A DNA stretch of 64,000 bases from an uncultured Actinomycetes bacterium (GCA_963706875.1 CAVPNW010000019.1:73714-137713); one strand, 5' to 3'; shown: positions 49,169-59,579, numbered from the stretch's first letter. Notes: generated by a model not told the origin, from the sequence alone. Program-made: numbers and translations.

Positions 49169-49918
49169 TCAGGACCAGCGGACCGTGGCCGACAGGACCA
49201 CTGCGGCGGCGACGGTGCCGGCTGTGGATGTGCGCATCACCGTCGGGCCGAGCAGCGCCAGGTGGGCGCCGGCCGAGGTGAGCCGGTCGAGCTCGTCGGG
49301 GCTGACGCCGCCCTCGGGCCCGACGATGAGCACGATGTCGCCGGCGGCCGGCACGACGATGTCGCGAAGGGAGACTGCCGCCTCCTCGTGCAGGACGATC
49401 GCGCACGCAGCGGCACCGACCAGCGCCTCGACGTCGGCGGTCCGGGCCAGCGGCGCCACCTCCGGCAGCCATGCCCGTCGGGCCTGCTTGCCGGCCGCGC
49501 GGGCCGCTGCCGCCCACTTCGCCTGGCCCCTCTGCACCTTGTCGCCAGTCCAGCGTGCGACGCAGCGCTCGGCCTGCCAGGGCACGATCAGGTCGACGCC
49601 CACCTCGGTCAGGGTCTCCACGGCGGTCTCGCCGCGCTCACCCTTGGGCAGCGCCTGGACGACGACGATCCGGGGCTGAGGTGGTGCAACTTCCGCACGC
49701 TCCTGCACCCGGGCCACGAGGCAGTCCCGACCGGACAGGGCCTCGACGACCGCGCGCAGCACGGTCCCCGACCCGTCTCCGAGGTCGATGCGCTCGCCGA
49801 CCGCCACGCGCTTCACCGCGACGGCGTGGCGGCCCTCGGGTCCGGAGAGCTCGACGAGGTCACCGACCCCGGCCCGTGCGGCCGTGGCCTGCCCGACGAG
49901 GAACAGCGCCGCGGTCAT
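49169..49918 (-). CDS. rsmE: 16S rRNA (uracil1498-N3)-methyltransferase
   Basis: LSGPEGRHAVAVKRV and IVLIVGPEGGVSPDE. It overlaps the dnaJ stop by 4 nt. Confidence 0.85.
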   Translation of the reverse strand: MTAALFLVGQATAARAGVGDLVELSGPEGRHAVAVKRVAVGERIDLGDGSGTVLRAVVEALSGRDCLVARVQERAEVAPPQPRIVVVQALPKGERGETAVETLTEVGVDLIVPWQAERCVARWTGDKVQRGQAKWAAAARAAGKQARRAWLPEVAPLARTADVEALVGAAACAIVLHEEAAVSLRDIVVPAAGDIVLIVGPEGGVSPDELDRLTSAGAHLALLGPTVMRTSTAGTVAAAVVLSATVRWS

Positions 49919-51048
49919 TTCGCGGAGAACGCGTCCTTGAGGCGGGAGAACAGCCCTTCCTTCTCCGGGCGGGTGAAGGTGGTGCTCACCGTCTCCTCGC
50001 CGCGGATCGTGGCGAACTCACGCAGCAGCTCCTCCTGGCGCGGATCGAGCCTGGTGGGGGTCTGGACATCGATGTGGACCAGCAGGTCGCCGCGCCCGGC
50101 GGCGCGCAGGTGCGGAACGCCTCGAGCCTTGAGCGTCACCACGTGACCGGGCTGGGTGCCTGGGCGGATCTCGACATCCTCGGTGCCATCGAGGGTCTCG
50201 AGCTTCAGGACCGTGCCCAGCGCCGCCACCGTCATGGGCAGGGCGATCGAGCAGTGCAGGTCATCGCCACTGCGCTGGAAGACCGCATGCGGCCGGGTGG
50301 AGACCTCGACGTACAGGTCGCCCGCGGGCCCGCCACCGGGGCCGACCTCGCCCTCGCCGGACAGCTGGATCCGGGTGCCGTCATCTATGCCGGCGGGGAT
50401 CTTGACCTTGAGGGTGCGCCGGGTCCGCACACGTCCCTCGGCGTTGCACTCCGGGCAGGGGTGGGTGATGACGGTCCCGTAGCCCTGGCACTGGGGGCAG
50501 GGACGTGAGGTCATGACCTGGCCGAGGAAGGAGCGCTGCACCGACTGGATCTCGCCGCGGCCGCGGCACATCGAGCACTCGGTCGGCTGGTGCCCGGTCG
50601 CCGCACCCGTGCCGGTGCAGGTCGGGCAGACCAGCGCGGTGTCGACCTGGATCTCCTTGACCACGCCGAACGCAGCCTCCGGAAGGTCGATGGTCACCTT
50701 GATCAGGGCGTCCTGGCCACGACGGACCCGGGGCTTGGGCCCGCGGGCCTGCTGGCCGCCGAAGAACGCATCCATGATGTCGCCGAACCCGAACCCGGCG
50801 GTGCCGGGGCCGAACGGGCTGCCGCCGCCGGGGCTGCGCGGGTCGGCCCCGAGGTCGTACATCTGGCGCTTCTCCGGGTCGGAGAGCACCTCGTAGGCTG
50901 CCGTCACCTCCTTGAAGCGCTCCTGGGTGACCGGGTCGGGGTTCACGTCCGGGTGCAGCTCCCGGGCCAGGCGGCGGTACGAGCGCTTGATCTCATCAGC
51001 GCTCGCGTCGCGGGCCACACCCAGGGTGGCGTAGTAGTCGTTGGCCAC
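49915..51048 (-). CDS. dnaJ: Molecular chaperone DnaJ
   Basis: J domain DYYATLGV...LARELHPDVN and four CxxCxGxG repeats (CPTCTGTG, CSMCRGRG, CPQCQGYG, CPECNAEG). GTG start at 51048. Confidence 0.95.
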   Translation of the reverse strand: MANDYYATLGVARDASADEIKRSYRRLARELHPDVNPDPVTQERFKEVTAAYEVLSDPEKRQMYDLGADPRSPGGGSPFGPGTAGFGFGDIMDAFFGGQQARGPKPRVRRGQDALIKVTIDLPEAAFGVVKEIQVDTALVCPTCTGTGAATGHQPTECSMCRGRGEIQSVQRSFLGQVMTSRPCPQCQGYGTVITHPCPECNAEGRVRTRRTLKVKIPAGIDDGTRIQLSGEGEVGPGGGPAGDLYVEVSTRPHAVFQRSGDDLHCSIALPMTVAALGTVLKLETLDGTEDVEIRPGTQPGHVVTLKARGVPHLRAAGRGDLLVHIDVQTPTRLDPRQEELLREFATIRGEETVSTTFTRPEKEGLFSRLKDAFSAK

Positions 51049-51055
51049 AGGGGTC

Positions 51056-52069
51056 CTATTCGTTACGCAACAACTGGCCCAGGTACCGGGCGACCGCCCG
51101 GACCGAGGCCATCGTGCTGGGGTAGTCCATGTGCGTGGGGCCGACGACCCCAAGTCGCGCGACGGTCCCGTGGTTCGGGCCGTAGCCGGCGCTGACCACG
51201 GAGGTGCTGCTCATGCCGGCAACCAGGTTCTCGTGCCCGATCGTGACCGTGACCGCCTCCGCCCGGGTCTCACCGAGCAGTCGCAGCAGCACCATCTGCT
51301 CCTCGAGCGCCTCGAGGACGGGCTGGAGGCTGTCGAACCCGTCGACGTACCGGGCCAGGTTCGCGGTCCCGCCCATCACGATCCGCTCCTCGTGTCGCTC
51401 GACGACCGTCTCCAGCAGGGTCGCGAGAACGACCGAGACCGCGGGTCGGCTGGCCTCGTCGAAGCGCTGGGGCAGGTCGGCCACCCGGTCGGCCACGGAG
51501 GTGAACGACCCGCCTCCCACCGACTCGTTGAGCGTGCTGCGCAGCCGGGCGAGTTCGTCCTCGGACAGCGCCGCGGGCACCTCGACCACACGCTGCTCGA
51601 TCCGGCCTGTGTCGGCGATCAGGACCAGCAGGAGCCGATGCTCGCTCAAGGGCACGAGCTCGACGTGGCGGACCGCGGAGCTGGTCAGCGACGGGTACTG
51701 GACGAGGGCCACCTGCCGGGTGATCTGGGCCAGCAGGCGCACCGAGCGGCCCATCACGTCGTCGAGGTCAACGGCCCCGGCCAGGAAGTTCTCGATCGCG
51801 CGGCGCTCGGCCGGGCTCAGGGGCTTGACCTGGGAGAGCCGGTCGACGAACAGTCGGTAGCCCTTGTCGGTCGGGACCCTTCCGGCGCTGGTGTGCGGCT
51901 GGGCGATGAAGCCCTCCTCCTCCAGCACGGCCATGTCGTTGCGGATCGTGGCCGGTGAGACGCCCAGGGAGTGCCGATCGACCAGCCCTTTCGAGCCGAC
52001 GGGCTCGTGGGTGCGCACGTAGTCCTCGACGATGGCACGCAGCACCGAGAGCTTGCGGTCGTCGAGCAT
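51056..52069 (-). CDS. hrcA: Heat-inducible transcription repressor HrcA
   Basis: [30 protein letters not shown]...[19 protein letters not shown] at 52069. Confidence 0.95.
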   Translation of the reverse strand: MLDDRKLSVLRAIVEDYVRTHEPVGSKGLVDRHSLGVSPATIRNDMAVLEEEGFIAQPHTSAGRVPTDKGYRLFVDRLSQVKPLSPAERRAIENFLAGAVDLDDVMGRSVRLLAQITRQVALVQYPSLTSSAVRHVELVPLSEHRLLLVLIADTGRIEQRVVEVPAALSEDELARLRSTLNESVGGGSFTSVADRVADLPQRFDEASRPAVSVVLATLLETVVERHEERIVMGGTANLARYVDGFDSLQPVLEALEEQMVLLRLLGETRAEAVTVTIGHENLVAGMSSTSVVSAGYGPNHGTVARLGVVGPTHMDYPSTMASVRAVARYLGQLLRNE

Positions 52070-52125
52070 GGGCACCTCCTCAAGGCGGAGCTCTGGTGCC
52101 GTCGGCACCCGAACTCGCCGCCGCA

Positions 52126-52152
52126 CTGGCACTCAAAGGGTCGGAGTGCCAT
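52126..52152. promoter_or_regulatory. CIRCE operator (HrcA binding site) upstream of hrcA-dnaJ
   Basis: CTGGCACTC-AAAGGGTCG-GAGTGCCAT is a 9-nt inverted repeat with a 9-nt spacer. It matches the CIRCE consensus TTAGCACTC-N9-GAGTGCTAA in the core GCACTC/GAGTGC. It lies 57-83 nt upstream of the hrcA ATG. Confidence 0.8.
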
Positions 52153-52220
52153 TCTACGCCGGACCCCGCCGTCCGGCCCGCCTCCCGCCCGCGCCCGCGC
52201 CCGCGTCCCCACCTCACCCG

Positions 52221-52290
52221 GCAAACCCTCCGTATCGGGTCAGACCCTCCGCGTCGACGGGGAGGGTCTCGCCCCTTGCGGAGGGTTTGC
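52221..52290. repeat. 70-nt nested double inverted repeat
   Basis: The outer 12-bp arms are perfect: GCAAACCCTCCG (52221-52232) and CGGAGGGTTTGC (52279-52290). The inner 9-bp arms are perfect: AGACCCTCC (52242-52250) and GGAGGGTCT (52261-52269). The inner arms flank the palindromic CGTCGACG. A 9 x 9 nt internal loop separates the two stems. Confidence 0.9.
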
Positions 52291-52346
52291 ACGGGGCGGG
52301 GGTCGTCGGCGGGCGTTGGGTGGGGGCGGGCCGACAGAATCGGGGG

Positions 52347-52670
52347 ATGCTCATCGTCCATGTCCATGTGCACGTCGTGCCCGACCAGGTGCCGGGCTTC
52401 CTGACCGCGACCCGGGCGAACGCCACCGCGTCGCTCGAGGAGCCGGGCGTGCTGCGGTTCGACGTGGTCGCCGACGTCGCCGACCCGGCGCACGTCGTGC
52501 TCGTCGAGGTGTACCGCGACGATGCGGGGGCTGCCGCCCATAAGGAGACTGCGCACTATGCGACCTGGCGCGACACCGTCGCCCCGATGATGGCAGTCCC
52601 GCGCACCTCGACGAAGTTCTCCGCAGTGTTCCCGGCCGAGGATGGCCGCTGGGCGACACCGGCCCCGTGA
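52347..52670 (+). CDS. Antibiotic-biosynthesis-monooxygenase (ABM/YgiN-like) domain protein
   Basis: Starts at the ATG at 52347 ([15 protein letters not shown]). About 107 aa with a ferredoxin-like ABM pattern, ...[21 protein letters not shown]. Its stop overlaps the next start (GTGA). Confidence 0.75.
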   Translation: MLIVHVHVHVVPDQVPGFLTATRANATASLEEPGVLRFDVVADVADPAHVVLVEVYRDDAGAAAHKETAHYATWRDTVAPMMAVPRTSTKFSAVFPAEDGRWATPAP

Positions 52671-53812
52671 GCACGTCCTTCGACCTGTCCCTGCCGCCAC
52701 GGATCTCCTTCGGCCCGGGCCGGGTCGCCGACCTCCCCGGCATCGTCGCGGGCCTCGGTTCCCGGGTGCTGGTCATCACCGGCGGGACCCCTGCCCGGGT
52801 GGAGCACCTGCTCGCGCCCCTGCGGGCGGGTGCCGATGCCCTGGACGTGGTCACAGTCGCCAGCGAGCCGACGGTGGACGACGCGCGGGCGGCAACGGCG
52901 AACGGACGGGCGCTGGGAGCCGACGTCGTCCTGGCGATCGGCGGCGGCAGCCCGATCGACCTGGCCAAGGCAGCCGCGATGCTCCTGTCCAACGGCGGGG
53001 ACCCGATGGACTACATCGAGGTCGTCGGACGCGGGCAGCCGATCTTCCGGGCGCCGCTGCCGCTGGTTGCCGTCCCCACCACCTCGGGGACCGGCGCGGA
53101 GGTGACCGCCAACGCCGTGCTGGCCGTCCCGGAGCACGGGGTCAAGGCAAGCCTGCGCCACCCCCTGATGATCCCGAGCCACGCGATCATCGACCCGGAG
53201 CTGACCCTCGACTGCCCGCCGGCCGTGACTGCCGCCTCCGGGATGGACGCCCTCACCCAGTGCCTGGAGCCCTACGTCTCGGCCCGTGCCAACGCGATGA
53301 CCGACAGCTGGGCGCGGATGGGCATGATGGCCGCCGGCCGCAGCCTGGTCGGCGCGTACGTGGACGGCACCGACCTCGCCGCTCGCACGGACATGTCCCT
53401 GTGCAGCCTGATGGGCGGGCTCTCGCTGGCCAACGCCAAGCTCGGCGCCGTCCACGGGTTCGCCGGCGTGATCGGGGGGATGACAGATGCGCCGCACGGC
53501 GCGATCTGCGCCGCCCTGCTCGGGCCCGTGTGCGCGGCCAACCTGGAACGGGCCGACGACCGCCTGACGGGGCGCTTCGCCACTATCGCCGCCTGCCTGA
53601 CCGGGGTTCCGGACGCCGCACCTGACGACGGGCTGCACTGGATCGAGCACACCTGCGCCCTGTTCGAGATCCCGATGCTGTCGGCCTACGGACTGACCGC
53701 CAAGGACACGGACGAGGTGGTGAGCAAGGCCGCCCGAGCCAGCAGCATGCAGGGCAACCCGGTCGAGCTCACCCCCGAGGAACTGTCCGAGGTCTTCCGA
53801 GCTGCCCTGTAG
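52667..53812 (+). CDS. Iron-containing (group III) alcohol dehydrogenase
   Basis: [17 protein letters not shown] and [14 protein letters not shown], plus His-rich metal-site regions. 381 aa. Confidence 0.85.
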   Translation: MSTSFDLSLPPRISFGPGRVADLPGIVAGLGSRVLVITGGTPARVEHLLAPLRAGADALDVVTVASEPTVDDARAATANGRALGADVVLAIGGGSPIDLAKAAAMLLSNGGDPMDYIEVVGRGQPIFRAPLPLVAVPTTSGTGAEVTANAVLAVPEHGVKASLRHPLMIPSHAIIDPELTLDCPPAVTAASGMDALTQCLEPYVSARANAMTDSWARMGMMAAGRSLVGAYVDGTDLAARTDMSLCSLMGGLSLANAKLGAVHGFAGVIGGMTDAPHGAICAALLGPVCAANLERADDRLTGRFATIAACLTGVPDAAPDDGLHWIEHTCALFEIPMLSAYGLTAKDTDEVVSKAARASSMQGNPVELTPEELSEVFRAAL

Positions 53813-53954
53813 CCGCCCCGGGTTGCGTTGCAGTTGCGACGTTCTCGCGTCCGAGGTGCAACGTGGATCCGTGTCGGGCGAAGCGAACGCAACGCAACCG
53901 CCACGGCAGTCGCGGGGCGGACCCGGCGAAGCTTGGCCGGGTAGGCTCGCCGGC

Positions 53955-54803
53955 GTGCAGGATCGCTATGGTTCCGACGTCCTCGCGACTGGGCGGCACC
54001 CGCGCGCGCCCCGGGTAGCTGACGTCGTGGGCGAGAACGATCTCGTCGTCGAGTGCGCGTCGAGCGGGTGGTGTGGCGCGATCGTCGGGTGGGAGAAGAC
54101 GAGCGCCGGATGGTCGGTGGCTCTCGAGGACCGGCAAGGCAGCCGCCGGCTGTTCCCCGCCGAACAGGCCGCGTTCCTGCTCGAGGGCCGCACCGTGACC
54201 CTCACCCGACCCAGGAGCGCCGCCCCGACCCCGCCGAGTGCGCCGACGCGGACGGCCTCCGGCTCGATCGCCGCCCCGCGCAGCGCCGCCAAGGTCGCGC
54301 GCGCCTCGCGGATCTGGGTCGAGGGCACCCACGACGCCGAGCTGGTGGAGAAGGTGTGGGGCGCGGACCTGCGCGAGCTCGGGGTCGTCGTCGAGCCGAT
54401 GGGCGGCATCGACGACCTCCCCATGTTGGTGTCCGACTTCGAGCCCGGCCCGCAGCGCCGGCTGGTGGTCCTCGTCGACCACCTGGTGCCCGGCACGAAG
54501 GAGACACGGATCGCCGCCGAGGTGACCCGACGGTGGGCGCCCCACGTCTGCGTGCTCGGACATCCGTACGTCGATGTCTGGCAGGCGGTCAGGCCCGCGG
54601 CAGTGGGGATCGACGAGTGGCCGACCATCCCGCGTGGTACGCCCTGGAAGACCGGCGTGTGCGCCGCACTGGGCTGGCCCGCCGACGAGCCCGCGGCCTG
54701 GCGACGCATCCTCGGATCGGTGCGGACCTACGCCGACCTCGACCCGGCGCTCCTGGCACGGGTGGAGCAGGCCATCGACCTCGTGACGGAACCCCAGGCG
54801 TGA
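53955..54803 (+). CDS. Conserved actinobacterial protein (DUF3097-like)
   Basis: GTG at 53955 (VQDRYGSDVL...). The composition is native-looking. The family name is from memory only. Confidence 0.6.
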   Translation: MQDRYGSDVLATGRHPRAPRVADVVGENDLVVECASSGWCGAIVGWEKTSAGWSVALEDRQGSRRLFPAEQAAFLLEGRTVTLTRPRSAAPTPPSAPTRTASGSIAAPRSAAKVARASRIWVEGTHDAELVEKVWGADLRELGVVVEPMGGIDDLPMLVSDFEPGPQRRLVVLVDHLVPGTKETRIAAEVTRRWAPHVCVLGHPYVDVWQAVRPAAVGIDEWPTIPRGTPWKTGVCAALGWPADEPAAWRRILGSVRTYADLDPALLARVEQAIDLVTEPQA

Positions 54804-54971
54804 GTCAGGGCACCATCGGTCGCCCGGAGACGAACCGGGTGGATGCCCGGCCCGTCGGTCGGCGGGCCGCCAGCAGATGGGTGGGTGAATTGTGGGCATA
54901 TCTCGCGCATTCGTGGGCCGTCTGGGTCTAGCCTGCGACTCGGAACACCCTGTAGCAAAGGAGCGTCCAGG

Positions 54972-55643
54972 ATGACCCAGCCCCCCGTCGACCCGGCTGA
55001 GGAGCCCCTCGGTGGAGCATTGACCCCGCCGCCGGAGGAGATGCCCGAGCCCGAACCGCCCACGTTCGAGGCACCCGCCCCGCCCGAAGCGCCCCCCGAG
55101 TTCGAGGCACCGCCTGCAGCGGCACCGCCGGCCTCCCAACCGCCGCCACCAGCTGCCGAGCCTCCGCCCGCCTACCAGCCCCCGCCGCCTCCAGCCGGGA
55201 GCTACCCACCCCCGCCCCCGCCGCCCCCGCCGGTAGCAGGGCCGGGGGCCTACCCGCCACCACCCCCGCCGGGTGCCTACCCGTCACCGCCACCCGCCCC
55301 GGGTGGGACTCCGATGGCGCCCCCGATCGGCTCCTACCCCCCGGCGTTCCCGCCCGGCCCAGGGGGCATGTACGGCGCTGCCGCGGGTCTGAAGCCCCAC
55401 CGGGCGACGCTCGTGCTCGGCCTGGGCATCGTGGGCCTTCTGTGCTGCGGTCCGCTGGGGATCGTTGCCTACATCTTCGGCAAGAACGACCTCGCGGAGA
55501 TGGACTCGGGGGTGATGGATCCCTCTGGCCGCGGGACGACCAACGTCGGGCGGATCCTCGGGATCGTCGCCATCGCGTTCCTGGTCCTCCAGTTGGTCTA
55601 CCTGCTCTTCGCGCTGACCACAGGCGCTCTCACAAGCGGCTGA
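54972..55643 (+). CDS. Proline-rich membrane protein (DUF4190-like C-terminal helices)
   Basis: ATG at 54972 after AAAGGAG. The N-terminal ~130 aa are Pro-rich low complexity (PPPPPPPPPV, YPPPPPPGAYP). The C-terminus has two helices, LVLGLGIVGLLCCGPLGIVAYIF and ILGIVAIAFLVLQLVYLLFAL. Confidence 0.75.
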   Translation: MTQPPVDPAEEPLGGALTPPPEEMPEPEPPTFEAPAPPEAPPEFEAPPAAAPPASQPPPPAAEPPPAYQPPPPPAGSYPPPPPPPPPVAGPGAYPPPPPPGAYPSPPPAPGGTPMAPPIGSYPPAFPPGPGGMYGAAAGLKPHRATLVLGLGIVGLLCCGPLGIVAYIFGKNDLAEMDSGVMDPSGRGTTNVGRILGIVAIAFLVLQLVYLLFALTTGALTSG

Positions 55644-55794
55644 GACCGCCCACGACGAAGGGCCGGCGCCGGGGTGCGACCAGGTCAGTCCCCCCGCCCC
55701 GGCCCTTCGTGTGCGGGGGACAGCAGCTGCTGGCGTCCCTCGGCGCACCGCCGGCTCCCGGAGCCCACCGGGTACACCCGAGGCCCCCGATCGG

Positions 55795-57006
55795 TCAGGG
55801 AACCAACCGGCGCACGACGGCATCGGCCAGCAGCCGCCCCGACCGGGTCAGCCGGAACCGCCCCGCGACCACCTCGCCCAGGCCGTCGGACACGAGGACA
55901 TCAACCTCTGCCTGTTGCCCCGCCGTGAGATCGGCCACCGGAAGTCCCTCGGCCATCCGGACCCGGAGCAGGATCTCCTCCACTGCCCGCGTGTCGTCGT
56001 CCAGAACCTCGCGCCCCACGGCCGGGGACTGCCCCGCGCGCAGCCGCTCGACGTAGGCCGCCGGGTGCTTGACGTTCCACCAGCGGGTTCCGGCCACGTG
56101 GCTGTGCGCCCCCGGCCCGACCCCCCACCAGTCGTCGCCGCGCCAATAGGCGACGTTGTGGCGACACTCCTGCCCCGGGAGCGCCCAGTTCGAGAGCTCG
56201 TACCAGGGCAGCCCAGCAGCCGACAACTCCTCATCAGCGAGGTCGTACATGTCGGCCATGAGGTCGTCGTCGGGCGCCTCGATGGACCCACGGCGGACCG
56301 CCGCGGCCAGGCGGGTCCCCGGCTCGACGATCAGGGCGTAGGCCGATATGTGCCCGACCTGGGCGGACAGAGCCGCGTCCACCGTCGACTGCCAGTCGGC
56401 CAGGGACTCCCCCGGAGTGCCGTAGATCAGGTCGAGGCTGATCCGCTCGAAGCCCGCGGCTCGGGCGTCGGCGACCGCCCGCAGCGCGCCACCCGGGGTG
56501 TGCGTGCGATCCAGGACCTCCAGCACGTGCGGCACCGCGCTCTGCATCCCGAAGGAGATCCGGGTGAAGCCCACCTCGCGCAACCGGGCCAGCGACGCTG
56601 GGTCGACCGAGTCAGGGTTGGCCTCGAGCGTCACCTCGGCTCCGGGCGCGAGGCCGAACTCGGCGTCGATCCGGTTCAGGACCGAGCCCAGGGCCTCCGG
56701 GGCCAGCAGAGTCGGGGTGCCCCCGCCGACGAACACGGTGCGCACCGGCACATCACGATCGCCCAGCACCCGACGGGCGAGGACCACCTCCTCGGCCAGG
56801 TGCTCGGCGAACGTGGTCCGATCGATACCGGCCGACCCAGCCAGCTCGGGGGCGGTGTAGGTGTTGAAGTCGCAGTAGCCGCACCGTGAGGCGCAGAACG
56901 GCACGTGAACGTAGAAGCTGAAGTCCCGGTCGCCCCACGCGCCGGCCGACTCCTCGGGCAGGGATCCGTCGAGGGGTGGGACCTCACCGGTCGGCTGGCT
57001 GGGCAT
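55795..57006 (-). CDS. hemW: Radical SAM heme chaperone HemW (HemN-like)
   Basis: YVHVPFCASRCGYCDFNTY (CxxxCxxC). ATG at 57006. Confidence 0.9.
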   Translation of the reverse strand: MPSQPTGEVPPLDGSLPEESAGAWGDRDFSFYVHVPFCASRCGYCDFNTYTAPELAGSAGIDRTTFAEHLAEEVVLARRVLGDRDVPVRTVFVGGGTPTLLAPEALGSVLNRIDAEFGLAPGAEVTLEANPDSVDPASLARLREVGFTRISFGMQSAVPHVLEVLDRTHTPGGALRAVADARAAGFERISLDLIYGTPGESLADWQSTVDAALSAQVGHISAYALIVEPGTRLAAAVRRGSIEAPDDDLMADMYDLADEELSAAGLPWYELSNWALPGQECRHNVAYWRGDDWWGVGPGAHSHVAGTRWWNVKHPAAYVERLRAGQSPAVGREVLDDDTRAVEEILLRVRMAEGLPVADLTAGQQAEVDVLVSDGLGEVVAGRFRLTRSGRLLADAVVRRLVP

Positions 57007-57064
57007 GACCGTGATTGTCCCGCATGTGACCCGGGCACCGGCCCACACGGGTTAGCGTTGACCC

Positions 57065-57736
57065 ATGGGGAGGTCGGGGATGACGAGGACGGTGCTGGCG
57101 ATGTGCGCCGGCGTCCTCGTGCTGGGGGGGTGCGCCCAGGCGCAGCCCCAGGCCCGTCCCACGATCGGGTCCCCGTCGCCCACCCCCACGCAGACCACCG
57201 CGGCGTTCGACCGGTCCGCCCAGCTGGCCAAGGAATGGGACCTCACGGGCGCGCCGCTGCCCGCCGACTGGCCCGACATGCCCCTGCCGAGGGGCGCCGA
57301 GGTGGTCACCGCCTATGCGATCGGCTCACCGCCACGGCGCACCTGGACCGCGACCTTCACGACCGACAGCGGAACCGCCCTGGACATGGCCGGACCGGTC
57401 GTCGCGGCACTTCGGGAGCGCGAGTACGTCCCGATCGCCGAGTACGTGGGGGCCGCCGAGACCAATACGGGCCTCTACAGCTTCGCCGCACCGGCCTTCG
57501 CTGTCTACGTGGTCCTTGGCGAGGACGACGGCCAGCCGAACGTCGTCCTGACCGTCCGCGGCTCGACCGCGTCCGCCGGGACCGATGAGCTCAGCGTTCG
57601 ACCCCCGACGGCTACTGGGGCACCGGCCAACGGGCAGTCGGCCACGCCGACGCCCACCGCGGGCGGCACCGAGAGCCCCGCGTCGGGGAAGGCCGGGACG
57701 ACGACCCCCTCGGACAGCGCATCACCGGGCGGATAG
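57065..57736 (+). CDS. Putative lipoprotein
   Basis: Signal peptide with lipobox: MTRTVLAMCAGVLVLGGCAQ. Thr/Pro/Ser-rich C-terminal tail. Confidence 0.6.
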   Translation: MGRSGMTRTVLAMCAGVLVLGGCAQAQPQARPTIGSPSPTPTQTTAAFDRSAQLAKEWDLTGAPLPADWPDMPLPRGAEVVTAYAIGSPPRRTWTATFTTDSGTALDMAGPVVAALREREYVPIAEYVGAAETNTGLYSFAAPAFAVYVVLGEDDGQPNVVLTVRGSTASAGTDELSVRPPTATGAPANGQSATPTPTAGGTESPASGKAGTTTPSDSASPGG

Positions 57737-57752
57737 CGCCCCGGGCCCCCGT

Positions 57753-59579
57753 TCAGGCGTACATCGCCTCGATCTGGTCGGCGAAGTGCTCCTCGACAAC
57801 CTTGCGCTTGACCTTCAGGCTCGCGGTCAGCTCACCGCCCTCCTCGGAGAGGTCGCGGTCGAGGATCGTGAACTTCTTGATTGTCTCCCAGCGGTTGAGC
57901 TGGCTGTTGAGCGTGTCCATGTCCGCCTGGATCGCCGCCCGCACCTGGGGCGACTGCGACAGGGCCGCGAAGTCCCCGGAAAGCCCGGTGCTGGTGGCGA
58001 ACTTCTCCAGGGCCTCTGGGTCGAGGGACACCAGGCCGGTGGCGTAGTTGCGGTTGTTGGCGTGCACCACGAGGTTCGACGCAAGCGTCGTGATCACCTT
58101 GAACTGCGCCGCGATCTGCCCCGGCGCGATGTACTTGCCGCCCGAGGTCTTGACCAGGTCCTTCTTCCGGTCGGTGATCTTGATGTAGCCGTTGGCGTCC
58201 ATCACGCCGATGTCGCCGGTGGCCAGCCACCCGTCAGGCAGCAGCGCCTCAGCCGTGGCCTCCGGCAGGTTCCGGTAGCCCCGCATGATGTGCGGACCGC
58301 GCAGCAGGATCTCGCCGTCCTCGGCGATCATCGCCTCGGTGCCGGGGAAGGGCTGGCCCACCACCCCGAAAACCATGTCGTCCGGGCGCACGATGCATCC
58401 GGCCGCGGAGTTCTCCGTCAGCCCGTAGCCCTCGAGGACCGGCATGCCGGCCGCATCGAACCATCGCGCCACATCCCCGTTGAGCGCGGCCGAGCCGGAC
58501 ACCATCAGTCGCATGCGCCCGCCGGTGGCCTGCCTGATCTTGGAGAACACCAGCTTGTCGGCGAGTGCCATCTGGACACCGGCGAGCGGGCCGGCCGAGG
58601 TGCCGGCGCGCTGCTTGGCCTTGATGTCCGTCGCCGTGCTGAACGCCCAGTCGAAGATCTTGGCCTTTGCCCCGCCGCCCGCCTTCGCCTTGGCGTTGGC
58701 ACCCGAGTAGATCTTCTCGAAGATCCGCGGCACGCCGCACATCAACGTCGGCTTGACCACCGGGAGGTTGACGATGATCTGGTCGATCCGCCCGTCGACG
58801 GCGGTCGCCAACCCGATCTGGTACTGCGCCGCGATGAGCAGCTTCCCGAACGAGTGCGCCAGTGGCAGCCACAAGTAGTGCATGTCATCCAGGTGCATGA
58901 TGTCCAGGGCCTCGATGCTGGCGCCCTGGAACACCCAGTTGCCGTGCGTCAGCTCGACCCCCTTGGGCCGACCGGTGGTTCCTGAGGTGTAGATGATCGT
59001 GGACAGGGAGTCCGGCGTGATGCCGGCGACGCGATCCTGGATCAGCGCCGGATCCTTGGCGAGCGCCTGCGCACCGCGCTCACGCAGCTGCGCCCAACCG
59101 AGGACGAAGTCGCCATCGCCCTCGCCGTCGATCAGGATGATCGCGGACAGCTCAGGCAGCCGGTCACGCTGGTGCAGGGCCTTGTCCGCCTGCTTCTGGT
59201 CCTCGGCGACGAGCAGCCGCGCCCCGGAGTCAGCAACGATGTAGCCGAAGTCGTCCTCCCCGGTGCTGGGATAGAGCGTGGTGTTCGCCCCGCCGGCCAG
59301 CGTCACGGCACCGTCGGCCAGGATCCAGTCCAGGCGTGTGTTGCTGGCGATCGCGACACGGTCCTCCGGCTGCAGTCCCAGGGAGATCAGCCCGGCGGCC
59401 AGCGTCGTCATCTCGTCACCGGCCTCGCGCCAGGTCATCGCACCCCAGTCGCCGTCCGGCGTGGGGTAACGGTAGGCGAGCCGATCCGGGGTTGCGGCGA
59501 CCCGGTCGAGGATCGAGTGCGCGAGGGTGGGTGCGTGGGCAGGGATCGGCGTGTCGAGCGAGCCGGCGATCTGGGCCAT
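57753..59579 (-). CDS. Long-chain fatty-acid--CoA ligase (FadD15-like), copy 1
   Basis: IIYTSGTTGRPKGV, WLATGDIGVMDANGYIKITDRKKD and C-terminal KKFTILDRDLSEEGGELTASLKVKRKVV. ATG at 59579. Confidence 0.9.
   Translation of the reverse strand: MAQIAGSLDTPIPAHAPTLAHSILDRVAATPDRLAYRYPTPDGDWGAMTWREAGDEMTTLAAGLISLGLQPEDRVAIASNTRLDWILADGAVTLAGGANTTLYPSTGEDDFGYIVADSGARLLVAEDQKQADKALHQRDRLPELSAIILIDGEGDGDFVLGWAQLRERGAQALAKDPALIQDRVAGITPDSLSTIIYTSGTTGRPKGVELTHGNWVFQGASIEALDIMHLDDMHYLWLPLAHSFGKLLIAAQYQIGLATAVDGRIDQIIVNLPVVKPTLMCGVPRIFEKIYSGANAKAKAGGGAKAKIFDWAFSTATDIKAKQRAGTSAGPLAGVQMALADKLVFSKIRQATGGRMRLMVSGSAALNGDVARWFDAAGMPVLEGYGLTENSAAGCIVRPDDMVFGVVGQPFPGTEAMIAEDGEILLRGPHIMRGYRNLPEATAEALLPDGWLATGDIGVMDANGYIKITDRKKDLVKTSGGKYIAPGQIAAQFKVITTLASNLVVHANNRNYATGLVSLDPEALEKFATSTGLSGDFAALSQSPQVRAAIQADMDTLNSQLNRWETIKKFTILDRDLSEEGGELTASLKVKRKVVEEHFADQIEAMYA

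Noticed and set aside
54990-55340. Highly repetitive CCG/CCC-rich DNA considered as a non-coding repeat array
   Set aside because: It is in frame within an ORF that has a good RBS and two C-terminal membrane helices. It encodes a Pro-rich low-complexity N-terminal region, so it is coding rather than a repeat element.
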